Position numbers and translations under genes: made by a program. The notes under the pieces were generated by a model. It searched no databases. It saw only the letters and a list, made by a program, of their open reading frames with translations, and was not told the DNA's origin. This document shows, in pieces, positions 1 to 62,861 of a stretch of 64,000 bases of DNA. Every line of letters starts with the position of its first letter. Position 1 is the first letter of the stretch. Source of the DNA: Octopus sinensis. Its lineage: Eukaryota. The stretch spans positions 56,432,464 to 56,496,463 of the forward strand of contig NC_043011.1 of NCBI RefSeq assembly GCF_006345805.1, in the 5' to 3' direction.

Positions 1-3
1 AAG

Positions 4-93
4 ATTGTTGGCAAAACTACAAGATATTTGGGTCAAAGAATCTGTCGTACTGCTAATAATACCTTCTCTGGATTTTATCATTCGTTCTTGTTG
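4..93 (+). CDS. Candidate internal exon of an unidentified upstream gene (phase 2-2, 90 nt)
   Basis: AG at 2-3 and GTGACT donor at 94. Open frame LLAKLQDIWVKESVVLLIIPSLDFIIRSC(W) joins in frame to 1569-1640. No family recognised, and the donor is moderate. Confidence 0.4.
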
Positions 94-1568
94 GTGACTA
101 GAATTATTTTCTTAGTAGCAAGGGCATATACTCTACACAAAAATGTGGTACGTATATAGAAAGCACATTTCTTGAGCTCTTTCAATGCTGAAATATTTTA
201 TATATATATATATCAATTATATACATATTGATGCATGCCTGGTTGTGTGGTTAAGGAGCTTGTTTTGCAAGCCCTTGGTTTTGAGTTCAGTCTCACTGTT
301 TGGCTCCTTGGGTAAGTGTCTTCTACTACAGCCAAAGGCTGACCAATGTTTTGGGAGTGGATTTAGGTGGAAACTGTGTGGAAGCTCATCATGTGTGTGT
401 GTATTTGTACCCCCTCTACCACTTGGCAACTGGTGTCAGTTTATGTCCCTGTAACTCAGTGGTCCAGCAAAAAAAAAAAATTGATAGAATAAGTACCAAC
501 CTTTAAAGAAATATGTCCTGGAAGCATTTTGTTGGAGTAAACCCTCAGTGCTGTGCTCAAGTATGGCCGTGGTCCAATACCTGAACGAAGTAAAAAGATA
601 AAGAAAAAAAACGGTGAAGGAAAAAGTAACAAAGATACAAGAGTGGAGTGAATTTTGGAATCTTTTACTTCTGGCACCAACAGATTGAAATTTCTCTTTA
701 CAGAAAGGGAAATGTGTAGAATTGTGATGATGGAGTTGGCCAGAAAATGTGGAAGATTTTAAGAATCAGAAGAAAATGAATTGAATGTTTTAAATAAGGA
801 TTAACTGAGAAAATGATTGGGATTCATCATCATCATTTAACGTCCACTTTCCATGCTAGCATGGGTTGGACGATTTTGACTGAGGGCTGGTGAACCAGAT
901 GGCTGCACCAGGCTCCAATCTTGATTTGGCAGAGTTTCTACAGCTGGATGCCCTTCCTAACGCCAACCACTTTACAGAGTGTAGTGGATGCTTTTTATGT
1001 GCTACTGACACGGGGGCCAGTCAGGTGGTACTGGCAACGACCTCGCTCGAATCTTTTTACACATGCCACCAGCACAGGTGCTAGTAAGGCGAATGTAAGA
1101 AAAAGGAATTGGAACAGGAAAATGTGAAGTAAAACTGTGAAATAAGGCCTGAAAAATATTGTTGTCACTTAGTAAATGACAAAGGATGAAGACAACTGGA
1201 AGTGTGTGACTGATGGATGGACATCAAATCAACAATAAGTACGGTAATTGTGTGGGCGATTAATCTATCTGAAAATGACCACAGTGAAATTATCTTTATG
1301 AATTGATCATGAAAGCGAAACAATAGGTAAATGTAAGGCTTCATGAACGAAGCTTAACACTAAATGTAATATCGCAGTAAAATATAGATTGTCAGTTCAT
1401 TTATGACAATACTTGCAGCAGACATGACAGCTTTCTTAACATATATTCCATAAATTACAGTAAAGGAATTATAACAATGAAAAATAGCAACTCACCACGA
1501 AAACAAAAAGGCTGTTCTTGATCTTTATTTACACATAATCAATATTCCTATACAACTTGAAAACATAG

Positions 1569-1640
1569 GCAAATATTACAAGAAGCTTGTATCAACTTGC
1601 TCTATTGTAAGAGGTTCTACTCTCGCGTGCTAAATTTGAA
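1569..1640 (+). CDS. Candidate exon of the unidentified upstream gene (phase 2-2, 72 nt)
   Basis: catAG acceptor and GTAAGC donor at 1641. Only one frame is open: QILQEACINLLYCKRFYSRVLNL. It is phase-compatible with both neighbouring candidate exons. Confidence 0.55.
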
Positions 1641-1771
1641 GTAAGCCTTTCTGGTAGGTCTAACCTGGTATTATCACGTTATGGTGGCAAATGAGATATT
1701 TGTAATAACTAATGCACACCCTGTAATTAGCTGACTAAATTTGTCTGCTTCAGGCTTGTGTTGGAACAAAA

Positions 1772-2187
1772 AGGTAGTGAGCTGGCAGAATCATTAGCAT
1801 GCTGGGTGAAATGCCTAGCGGTATTTCATCTGCCGTTATGTTCTGAGTTCAAATTCCGCCATGGTCGACTTTACCTTTCATCCTTTCAGGGTCGATAAAT
1901 TAAGTACCAGTTACGCACTTGGGTCAATGTAATCAACTTGATCCGTCTGTCTGTCTTTGTTTGTCTCCTCTGTGTTTAGCCCCTTGTGGGTGGTAAAGAA
2001 ATAGGTATTTCATCTGCCGTTACGTTCTGAGTTCAAATTTCGCCAAGGTCGACTTTACCTTTCATCTTTTCGGGGTCGATAAATTAAGTACCAGTTACAC
2101 ACTGGGGTCGATGTAATCGACTTGATCCATCTGTCTGTCTTTGTTTGTCTCCTCTGTGTTTGGCCCCTTGTGGGTAGTAAAGAAATA
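1772..2187 (+). mobile_element. SINE family 1 head-to-tail dimer
   Basis: A full copy, then a head-less copy starting GGTATTTC at 2004. Confidence 0.85.
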
Positions 2188-2767
2188 GGAACTTTAGGCT
2201 ATTCAACATGAGTCTAACTATGTTTGTTCAAGAAAGAAATACTTATTCACCTGCACTAAGTTGAAAACCACTACATCTTCCAATGCAATTTGGTGTCACA
2301 TACCTTTAATCATATCAATCACCAGTTTTAATTTACTACTAATTACGTATGTTATTGATTGTAAAAGGATTGAAAGATAAGAAGATTCAAACCCCTCAGA
2401 TCTTCATATCTGATCGTTTTTAAAAATTTGTGTAAGAGAATTTATGCATCACTCATTGACTTGTTAACTGTTGGCTAAACGAAGAAATATTTAACTATTG
2501 GGAATCTCAAGTGCAATGTTTTGACATTAAAATGATGATTAAGTTGCTATGGAAGCAAAAGTTAAAATGGTGGATATTTTTATTTATTTTTATTTTGTAT
2601 AATTTATGATTAGTTTATTTTTGTTTCAATGTTGTGTATAAAAAGTGCTTTACATAGACATGCTGTGCCTAGCAGTGCTCTTCTCTGTATGTAAGCTCTT
2701 GAGTTTTGGTTATGTATTTAGCACCTGTTGTTATTATTATTATTATTATTGTTATTATTATTATTAT

Positions 2768-3075
2768 ATGGATTATTTCTGTCTTCAAGTTCCACATTTG
2801 GGTTAACGCTATTTCTGAATATTTGTGTTTCTCTTGTTTCTTTTAGAGATACATTGTTCTCTTTTGGGACTGATATGTCGATTAGAAGGCATTTTTATCT
2901 TGTTGGTCCCTGACAACAATATCTGGCCTGTTAGCCTTGATCTCTGTGTGTATTGGACATATCCCCGAGTATGGTTGTTTTGTCATTTTCTGAGACCTTT
3001 TCTGGGATATGCTTATACTATCTTTTCTCTTTTGTCATTCTGTAATGTCTCTAAGTCCCAACTCTGTCATGTCTA
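2768..3075 (-). mobile_element. R4/Dong-like non-LTR retrotransposon fragment (restriction-like endonuclease)
   Basis: Minus strand encodes EIKANRPDIVVRDQ..CLLIDISVPKENNV (PD-..-D motif) and ends in a (TAA)n tract at 2728-2768. Confidence 0.7.
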
Positions 3076-3134
3076 GTGATGCATCCCTTCTTGGTTAGGA
3101 CTGGGCAACCAGAGACAATATGATTTGTTGTTTC

Positions 3135-3340
3135 CTCCTCCTTCTTTTCTCCTCCTCTCCTCCTCCTTTTCTCTTCCCCTCTTTTCTCCTTTTCTCCCCT
3201 CCTTTTCTCTTCCCCTCCTCTTTTCTCTTCCCCTCCTCTTTTCTCTTCCCCTCCTCTTTTCTCTTCCCCTCCTCTTTTCTCTTTCCCTCCTCTTTTCTCC
3301 TCCTCCTCTGCCCCGCCTCCCCCTCCCCTCCTCCTCCTTA
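3135..3340. repeat. 18-bp polypyrimidine minisatellite (CCCTCCTCTTTTCTCTTC)n
   Basis: About five consecutive near-perfect units, with degenerate flanks. Confidence 0.9.
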
Positions 3341-3424
3341 AAGTGGTGGGCAGGCACCAGTCGATTAAGTCCTGGGATCAATGTGATCGACTAATATCTT
3401 TCCACAAATGTGCCTCTATTAGAA

Positions 3425-4148
3425 TGGATTATTATTATTATTGTTATTTTTATCACAGGTTTTGTTTTACCTCCTGGAATCTTGGATGCCTAGCGGGCTT
3501 ACTACCTGCAGCCTTACGGTACCATGCAATCCATTCTTTTCAGCTATCTAATACTTTCTTGATTATTCTGGCCATGCCAAGGAGGCACACCTTTTGTAAT
3601 AGTTGGGCACTTTAATCCAATTTCCTTTATATTCCTCTCGATGCCTTCTCATACCGTTCCCAAGGACCGAACAATAATAGGCACTATCTTCACCTTCTTC
3701 ATTTTCCATAGCCAGGTTATTTCGTACTTAAGAGGGTTGTATTTATCCATCTTTTCGCCTTCCTTCTTGACTATTCATGGGTTAAAGGGGCATGCAACAT
3801 CAACTATATAGCAAATGTAGTGCACCTTGTCCCCCACCACTAGGTCCGGTCTGTTATGCTCTGGCACCTGATCTATTTGGATTGGGAAATCCCAGAGGAT
3901 TTTGCTAGGCTCCGACTCCATCTCTCTCTGTGGTTTGTGCCTCTCTCCTTTTTGCACAGTTTCCAATGTAGCACCTTCGCTATCTGGTTGTATTGCCACA
4001 CCTTGTAGTGGTTTGGGGAAAGTGTAGGGCATTCATTACATAGGCAATGGTTTCATCCACTCTATTGCAGATGTGGCACAGCGGAGACACTTGCTCATTC
4101 CTAAAGTTGACCCTCCAGTTTGTGGCCAAAGTTTGATTTTGCATTGCC
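3425..4148 (-). mobile_element. R4/Dong-like fragment (CCHC + RLE + C-terminus), 5' truncated
   Basis: PLCHICNRVDETIAY; KILWDFPIQIDQVPEHNRPDLVVGDK..YIVDVACPFN. TAA-type tracts lie at both ends. Confidence 0.82.
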
Positions 4149-4149
4149 A

Positions 4150-4480
4150 TTATTATTATTATTATCATTATTATCATTGCCTTTGCACAGCTTTTAACAC
4201 TGGAAATGTGCCACGGTGTCAGCTGTTCACTACCAGTGAACTAAGGTAACACCCCTTATTTTTTGAGCACCTTCCGGAGTATTCGAGCGGTTTCAAGCAG
4301 TGCTGTTTCCTGCAAGTGCTTCACCTTTATTGTAGCCCCTGTTTGTTTCATGTACTTCTCAAGATTTTTACTCACTGTTTGCAGTATTAGCAATGTATTA
4401 CCAAAGCCTAGATTCCTTTGTACAGATTTTTCTTCTGGTGATTATATGTTTGGTAATATATCCTTTTCCCTATGTTTTTG
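4150..4480 (-). mobile_element. R4/Dong-like 3' end (same family as 59515-59990)
   Basis: HLQETALLETARILRKVLK, followed by a 3' UTR alignable to 59860-59980 and a (TAA)n tail. Confidence 0.8.
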
Positions 4481-4784
4481 ACTCTATGCTGGTTAAATTT
4501 TTATAGGTGATATAATATGCTAATCATATGCAAATCAGTTCTCACAATCTCCTTCTATTGGCTAGCAAAAATAAAATGTGCATATGTTGTCATATGAGAT
4601 GTGGAGAATTCTGGAAAGTACCTCACTATTAGAAACAAGTTAACTTGGTTCCTATGTTTCAATTGCACAGAACTTTGTACACTTGGTTCCCACACAGTAA
4701 GGATTTACTGTCCCCTGGTCATGCTGAGTCTATGAGAGAAACCATGCCTGGCTGCATAAATCTTTCAAACTCTGCTTCCATTAA

Positions 4785-5001
4785 CCCTTCAGCATTCAGG
4801 TTATTCTGCTAAATGGAATGCTTATTTGGTCACCTTCTTTTGAATTAATCATGTATTATCTTGTAGCTTCAAGATTTTGACAATGCGATTGTTATTTTTA
4901 GAATGATAGTGAAGGGTAGGTGTGAGAGGCTGGATCTGGTTGAGCATAAAACATTTGGAATGTTTGGGCTGGGTGTGGAGGCCAGTTTAAAGGCGAAAGG
5001 G
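4785..5001. mobile_element. piggyBac-type MITE
   Basis: TTAA|CCCTT ... AAGGG|TTAA ends; internal sequence shared with 37603-38141. Confidence 0.7.
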
Positions 5002-5539
5002 TTAAGGTAGTCCATCAGATCAATGTCACAAACAACAGATGTATGAAACATTAAGGAATAAAGTTTCCGATGGTTCAGGCGACAGCAAAAGAGGAATAAC
5101 AAGAATAGTGATAAATCAACAACGAAAAAAATGTTTGTTATCATTGTGTGTTTGTTTCTTGCTTGTCAGTATATCTCCTCACTCCACCCTCAATATATAT
5201 ATAAAAAAAAAGAAAAATGATGCTATGTGAAAAAAAATTATGAAAAGTTTTTCATTTTAATTTGATACCATCTTCAATCTGATTGAAGAAAATGTTATCT
5301 CTTCTGAAGAATGTAAAAAACCAAAAAAATTGATGTTATTGAATGTGGTCTCTTTTTCCTTTATATTAATGGCTGTATTGACAACTAGTACAAAAAAAAA
5401 TCAAATAATAGAGGTGTAAAAAGCATTGTATAGCTGTGTTGTTTCTTATCCCCCTAGATTAAACTTGAATAATTGATGTTTAGTTTTTACAGAAATACTT
5501 CAGCCAATAGCATTGATTTTTTGTTTTGTTTGTTTTTAG

Positions 5540-5630
5540 CCTAAGAAACTATCTGAAACAAGTTGCTGTTCCAGTTTCTCTTAACAAGTCTCAACGAGTT
5601 AGATTGTCTTTAAAAACACAACACTATTGA
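5540..5630 (+). CDS. Candidate terminal coding exon of the upstream gene
   Basis: Strong T-rich acceptor (ttttgttttgtttgtttttAG). Frame (N)LRNYLKQVAVPVSLNKSQRVRLSLKTQHY* continues from 1640. AATAAA lies 6 nt after the stop. Confidence 0.55.
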
Positions 5631-5636
5631 ACAAAT

Positions 5637-5642
5637 AATAAA
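5637..5642 (+). terminator. Possible poly(A) signal of the upstream gene
   Basis: AATAAA just after the TGA at 5628-5630. The hexamer is common in AT-rich DNA. Confidence 0.25.
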
Positions 5643-5968
5643 TTTAAAGCTGTTTTGTTTCTGGTCTTATCTTTTAAATGTTATTGAATTCAACGTTTCT
5701 TTCTAAATGAATGCTATTCTGTGTCTTAAAGAATGTAACACCATATTTGACTATGCAATTTATCTTCTTTTTTGGCAGTTAACATTCAACTTCATACAAT
5801 TGTTGTCATCTTTTGTATTGAATTCTGCATTTTCAATAGAATCTGCATCTGATACAGGAATAAATATCAGACTTACCAATTTATTATGTTGAAATAAATG
5901 TAACGTTGTGGAGTTCCTGCGTACAAAGAAAGACCACAGGACTGATTAGCAGTATGATGTCGCTAACC

Positions 5969-6380
5969 TATTTCTTTACTACCCACAAGGGGCTAAACAC
6001 AGACGGGACAAACAAGGACAGACAAACAGATTAAGTCAATTACATCGACCCCAGTGCGTAACTGGTACTTATTTAATCGACCCCGAAAGGATGAAAGGCA
6101 AAGTCAACCTCGGAATTTGAACTCAGAACATAGCGGCAGACGAAATACCTTTTTCTTTACTACCCACAAGGGGCTAAACACAGAGAGGACAAACAAGGAC
6201 AGAGAAACGGATTAAGTCGATTATATCGACCCCAGTGCGTAACTGGTACTTATTTAATCGACCCCGAAAGGATGAAAGGCAAAGTCGACCTCGGCGGAAT
6301 TTGAACTCAGAACGTAACAGCAGACGAAATACCGTTAAGCATTTCACCCGGTGCGCTAATGTTTCTGCCAGATCGCTGCC
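5969..6380 (-). mobile_element. SINE family 1 head-to-tail dimer
   Basis: Same junction at ~6150. Confidence 0.85.
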
Positions 6381-6384
6381 CATG

Positions 6385-6677
6385 ATGTCTCTAACCATCA
6401 CATTCCAACCTCTGGCCCACAAAAAAACTGTGTCTCATCTTGCTTCTATAACAGCCTCTACTCAGGCACTACCTCCTATCAACCCTATTGTGTCCATCCC
6501 AGCAGATCCATATTAATCCCTATTTCCAGTCCTTCAACCCCCATTACCTTCTGGAATGTCAGACCTCCTTATAAATGTTTCTCCTGCAATAACTCTTCAA
6601 GAAGAACATGGACAGCATCAACCTACTTGTTTCAGAGTTCCTGCAATGGTCATGGATACAGTCCTTGTCTCTACAAC
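6385..6677 (+). pseudogene. Possible LINE ORF1 (gag-like zinc knuckle) fossil
   Basis: VRPPYKCFSCNN and PTCFR..CNGH pieces in shifting frames. Confidence 0.3.
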
Positions 6678-7002
6678 CAGTGGTTCTCAACCAGGCTCCA
6701 GATAAGGTTTTTGGTGCTCCATGCAGATAAAATAGTAAATTTGGGACCCACGGTAGTATTTTAATGGTTCATGGAAAACTTTGCTTCTTCAGATGTATTC
6801 ATTGCAAGAAACAGCAAGATTTCTTTCTTGACCGTTTCCCATGGTTCAACCTACACACACGAATGAGTGGATGACAAAAGAAGAATTTTGAAAGAAATAA
6901 TTATAAAACTAGTTTTTAAACATAGAATAGCTGTGGTGGTCCACCAGAACAAAATGGTAATCAAAAGGGATCCATTGGTAAAAAAATAGTTGAGAACCAC
7001 TG
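6678..7002. mobile_element. hAT (Charlie-like) MITE
   Basis: Perfect 14-bp TIR CAGTGGTTCTCAAC/GTTGAGAACCACTG. The right flank CTCTAGAC fits the NTCTAGAN target; the left TSD is degenerate. Confidence 0.78.
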
Positions 7003-7142
7003 CTCTAGACAAAACCATTAAAAATACAGGTTCTGGGTTCAGTCCCATTGTATAGCATGCTGGGAAAGTGTCTTCTATAGCTCTGGGCCAAGCAAAGCTT
7101 TGTGAATGGAGATTTGGTAGATGGAAACTAAAAGAAGTCCAT

Positions 7143-7202
<60 letters not shown>

Positions 7203-7904
7203 TATAAACAACAAGCTTCTTTTTATATATATATATATATAGATGTTTGTTTTGTACCTGAAATATCTCAGAAATAGTATATTTTATCTTGATTTTTTTT
7301 GCATATTTATTTTCATACTTACCTTTGGCAGTGCCGTACCATTTTTTTGATATCTGGACCTCTGTTTATCAATGAAAGTGATTAAACACAATTTTTGTTT
7401 GTTATTTCTTGACGGAAAAAAAAATGGCTTTTGTGAAGTCAACACACATACACACATACAAAATACACACTCATATAATGAATGTCATGGTTTGTCAATC
7501 AACACAAACACACGTCCGCTATCTGTGACATATACACACACATAGTCTTCGCACTCTCTAAGAAAAACAAAAACGTCAACTTTTTGACATACACAATATT
7601 TTAATCATTTAGAAATATTTTTAACTGAATGTAATTTCATCGTCTGGGATTCGTTAATTTCCATAAAATTTTTTAATTTATTTACTTTTGTTTAAAAGTA
7701 AAAGAGACAAGAAAGTGAAAGATGTATGTATGTGTATATAAAATGGACATGTGTGTAAGAGAGAGAAATAGAGAGAGAGTGAGTGAGTGAAGGGGCGTGT
7801 TGTCATGTATATGTAAATACATCAATACATATGCGTACATCTTTTTTGTTTGTACACGTGCATGTGAAATAACCTGGAAAAAAAAACCCATGAAACAAAA
7901 CTCC

Positions 7905-7917
7905 GTTGCTGGGAAAC
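7905..7917. promoter_or_regulatory. RFX X-box candidate upstream of SPEF2
   Basis: GTTGCTGGGAAAC (reverse GTTTCC-C-AGCAAC) fits GTYNCY-N(0-3)-RGYAAC. It lies in a locally CpG-richer unique stretch 2.7 kb before the first recognised SPEF2 exon. Confidence 0.45.
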
Positions 7918-9916
7918 TGACTTTCCAGGTGACCCAACGTGTCACGGGTAGTCTAGTATATATACAGTTGGATAGATAGACAGACAGACAGATACACATG
8001 TATATATGTTTGTATATACATATTTGTTTGTGTATGTGTGTTTATGCCTTTGTTTTGACAGAGTGATAGTTGTAAATGAGTGTCACTGTCACAGAGTGTC
8101 ATTCATCATCATCATGTCATTCATCATTCATCATTCATCTCCAATATTCTGTAAGAACATGTCTGCAGAAACATTAATAAATAGAGGTCGAGATATCACA
8201 AAAGAGACAAGAAAGTGAAAGATGTATGTATGAGTATATAAAATGGATATGTGTGTGAGAGAGAGAGAAAAAGAGAGAGTGAGTGAAGGGGCGTGTTGTC
8301 ATGTATACGTACATCAATACTTATATGTACATCCTTTTTGTATGTACGTGTGCCTGTGTGTGTGTGTGTGTGTGTGAGAAAGAGAGAGAGAGAGTGAGTG
8401 AGTGAACATGTGTGTTCTCATGTATGTGTAAGTGGCACTCTCTCTCTCTCTCTCTCTCTCTCTCCCACACACACAAACATGTCCATTTCATATACATGTT
8501 CAGACATCTTTCACTTTAAATAAATAAAAAAAATTTATGGAAATTAACAAACATGTCTGGCCACTGGGAACAGGTGAAGTGCTTGGAAACAGGTGGGGGG
8601 AGGGTTGGTTATAGAAAAGGCATCTGGCTGTGGAAAATCTTCCCCCATAAACTCAGTCTGAACCATGCAAGCATGGAAAAGTGGATGTTAAAACGATGAT
8701 GATGATGTTGATGTTACAGGCTGATGCCTCAACTGCAAACTTTTCAGTTTGTAACCGTTTATTGGTGCCGACACTGAATGGCTCTCTGGACCGGGTGTAC
8801 AAGACCACTTACCATTTGATGGCATAGATTTCAGGATTTTGTGCTGTAGTATTTGTGCTGGAATTTGAGAACTAATGAGAAGCCTTAAGGTTTAAAATAC
8901 CCTGATCAAAGACACAATAGGTTACATAAATGGAAGGATGGGGACATTTGAATTGATATTCTACAGAATCTCCTTTGGGGTTTTACGTTTCTCATTTGGA
9001 ATCACGCTGTCATACTGTGATTGCCTTTCTTTCTTCTAGAGTTATTTAAAAGGGATATGGTTGATCCAATCATATTCACCCTTTAGAAGAAAAGGAAATC
9101 AATATTATTAACAGAATGCCTGCCAGAATGAGCTTTGCCTTTCATTCTTTTAAGGACAATCAAATATATTATTGTCAATGGAAGCAGCTATACATTAGCT
9201 TGTGCTAATAATCGATATTATTATGAAGGTGGCAAGCTGGCAGAGTTGTTAGCATGTCAAAAGCAAAATGCTTTGTGGCATTTCATCTTTCTTTTACACT
9301 CTGGGTTCAAATTCCACCAAGGTTGATTTTTGCCTTACATTCTTTCATGGTTGATAAAATAAGTTGAGCACTGGAGGTGGGTGGGTGTTGGTGTCGATGT
9401 AATTGACTTACCCCCTCCCCTGAATGTGCTGGCCTTGTGTCAGACATTACAAACTAATAATCGATATTATTAACAAAGTCATTTAATCATCATCATCATC
9501 ATCATACATCTGCTTTCCATGCTGGCATGGGTTGGATGATTGAACCAGCTTTTGACTGGTATTCATGCCTTTTATTCATGAGACCCTCCAAGACATTATG
9601 AAATGTAGCTCTAAGAATACCAATAGTCTCCTACCATGACAAAACAAACTCTCCACCCTTCTCCTTTGTTTTGTGCCACCATTTATTCTAAAACATCTTT
9701 CAGCAAAAAGGGTAAAAAAAGTACATCTGCCTTTTTAAGCCTTCTAAGGTATTATTGCAATAAAGACTCAAAAATCTAGGGAAACATTGATGCTGCTTGT
9801 CAACAAGGGATCTGGATCTACTAGAAACAATAATCAACCAAATCCTTATCAAATCTCTCCCTGCCAACTTGAAAATAAGGGGACATATTAAATAATTTAG
9901 TCTTAAATATGAAGTA

Positions 9917-10240
9917 CCTCCACCACAAGGTCTAGTCCTTATGGCAGTGTAGTGGTGGCTTGTATACCTCAGTGACCCTGAGAGCTCATGCCAGTACAGT
10001 GCAAACTGGGTTGCCCATGTGGGACAGGTCAAAGGATAAGGGCCAAGCTGATATGGACCACCTCTTTCCAGGGATAACAATGGATTTGTATAGGGCCTAC
10101 ACCTCTACATAGAGAAAGGGCATTGATGACCATTCAAAACCAACAAGACTTGGGAAAGGGAAAGATAGTCCAACGTCGAGAACAGTGGAGAAGAGTCATT
10201 GATGGCGTTAAGCTCCATTGGGAGTGAAGGGTTTAAGTGA
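9917..10240 (+). mobile_element. Old ~320 bp RTE-related non-autonomous element
   Basis: Aligns end to end (inverted) with 42079-42396. The 3' part encodes an RTE-terminal-like QRREQWRRVIDG. Confidence 0.55.
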
Positions 10241-10625
10241 GTTAATGAATGAAGTAGTTGAGAGGAAACCAGGCTTGTCATGATTGGAGCCTCTTTGATT
10301 ATAGGTTTGCTCAGTCAGGGATGACCTGGGGCTAAAACCTCAACAATATCACAATCCACCAATTTATGGTATTGATTTTTTGATCCAAGGAAGATGAAAT
10401 GCAAAGTTAACCATTCCAAGAAGTGAATTCAAAACCTTTAGCACTTGGTCTTCAGATCCGACTTCATATATAAATGAGCAAGAGATTAAAGATTATGGAT
10501 GAATGTGTGTCAGAATTCTGATAAAATTTCAGGAATTACAACTTTTAATTTTCTTCCTTAATGATGAAATATTTATCTGTTTTTTTTCAAGAATACACAA
10601 TGTTTGTTTTCTTTTTCTTTTCCAG

Positions 10626-61961
<51,336 letters not shown>

Positions 61962-62089
61962 GTAAGTACATGTGGCATTTTCTCTCAAGAAATAAGAATA
62001 ATTATTAAGTTATAATTTCTAAGTTGTTTTGTGCTTCTGGCCTATGCAAGTTTACGCTTTTCTTTCTTTCTATCCATTTTTGCTGCCTG

Positions 62090-62400
62090 CAAGGATTGTT
62101 GAGGTAGAGTCCTTGGTCACCTCCTTCATGGGGTCACATCAAAAACAATTGTCTTTGAAGATTCTGGCTGGATTCCCAAGTGTGACTGACTGAGATCACG
62201 GATATTATCCCACCATCTCATTCTTGTGATCTAACCGTAGGTCTCCTGCCAGTTGGATTGGCTTCAAGAATCTGTCATGCGATTCTTTCCTGCGGCATTC
62301 TAACCAGATGTCTGTAGTACTGGAACTGAATGCAGAGAAGTAGGAGCTTGACCTGGAGAGACTCCTTGATCCCTGAGCTACTCTCACAGTGAAGTAATGT
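62090..62400 (-). pseudogene. RTE (Rex3/Expander-like) ORF2 C-terminal fossil
   Basis: IKESLQVKLLLL..RHLVRMPQERIA*QILEANPTGRRP. Confidence 0.7.
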
Positions 62401-62861
62401 CTCTCCAGAGATTCTTTGGAGGAACCGTATTTCGGCCACTTGTATTCATGATTGTACTTTTTCAGCTATTACTCAACATTCTTAACAAAAGGTGAGAATT
62501 GCTATAAAAAGTGGAAAAGTGTCCATAAAAACAATAATGACGAAATCTCTGAATCCATCATCTTACACCAATATGTATGAATAGATATTTATTTAGTAAA
62601 TGTTCGTTATTTATGCATCAAAAGTAATGTTAATTCTAACGCAGTACCTTTTGATAGCTTAATTATTTTCCTTATGATTGTGATGTGGTTTAAACTGCTC
62701 AGCAATGAGAAATCTTTCTATTCATAATCTGATTTTTGATTGCAAAGGTTTTATTTGATGTTCAAAGGATTTTGATGCTGGTGTGAATACCACAACTTGC
62801 CAAATTACAAAATGAATCTCTTTTTGCATTAAAGATATCTTTTATTATCATATTTGATGGA

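Noticed and set aside
2543-2556. X-box-like GTTGCTATGGAAGC
   Set aside because: It mismatches the GYAAC half-site and lies inside an intron of the candidate upstream gene.
7890-7947. ATG-initiated 58-nt phase-1 segment (MKQNSVAGKLTFQVTQRVT) that joins in frame to SPEF2 exon 10626
   Set aside because: The phase fits, but it lacks the conserved IL..WLN of the SPEF2 N-terminus, overlaps the X-box and has a weak GTAGTC donor; not called as exon 1.
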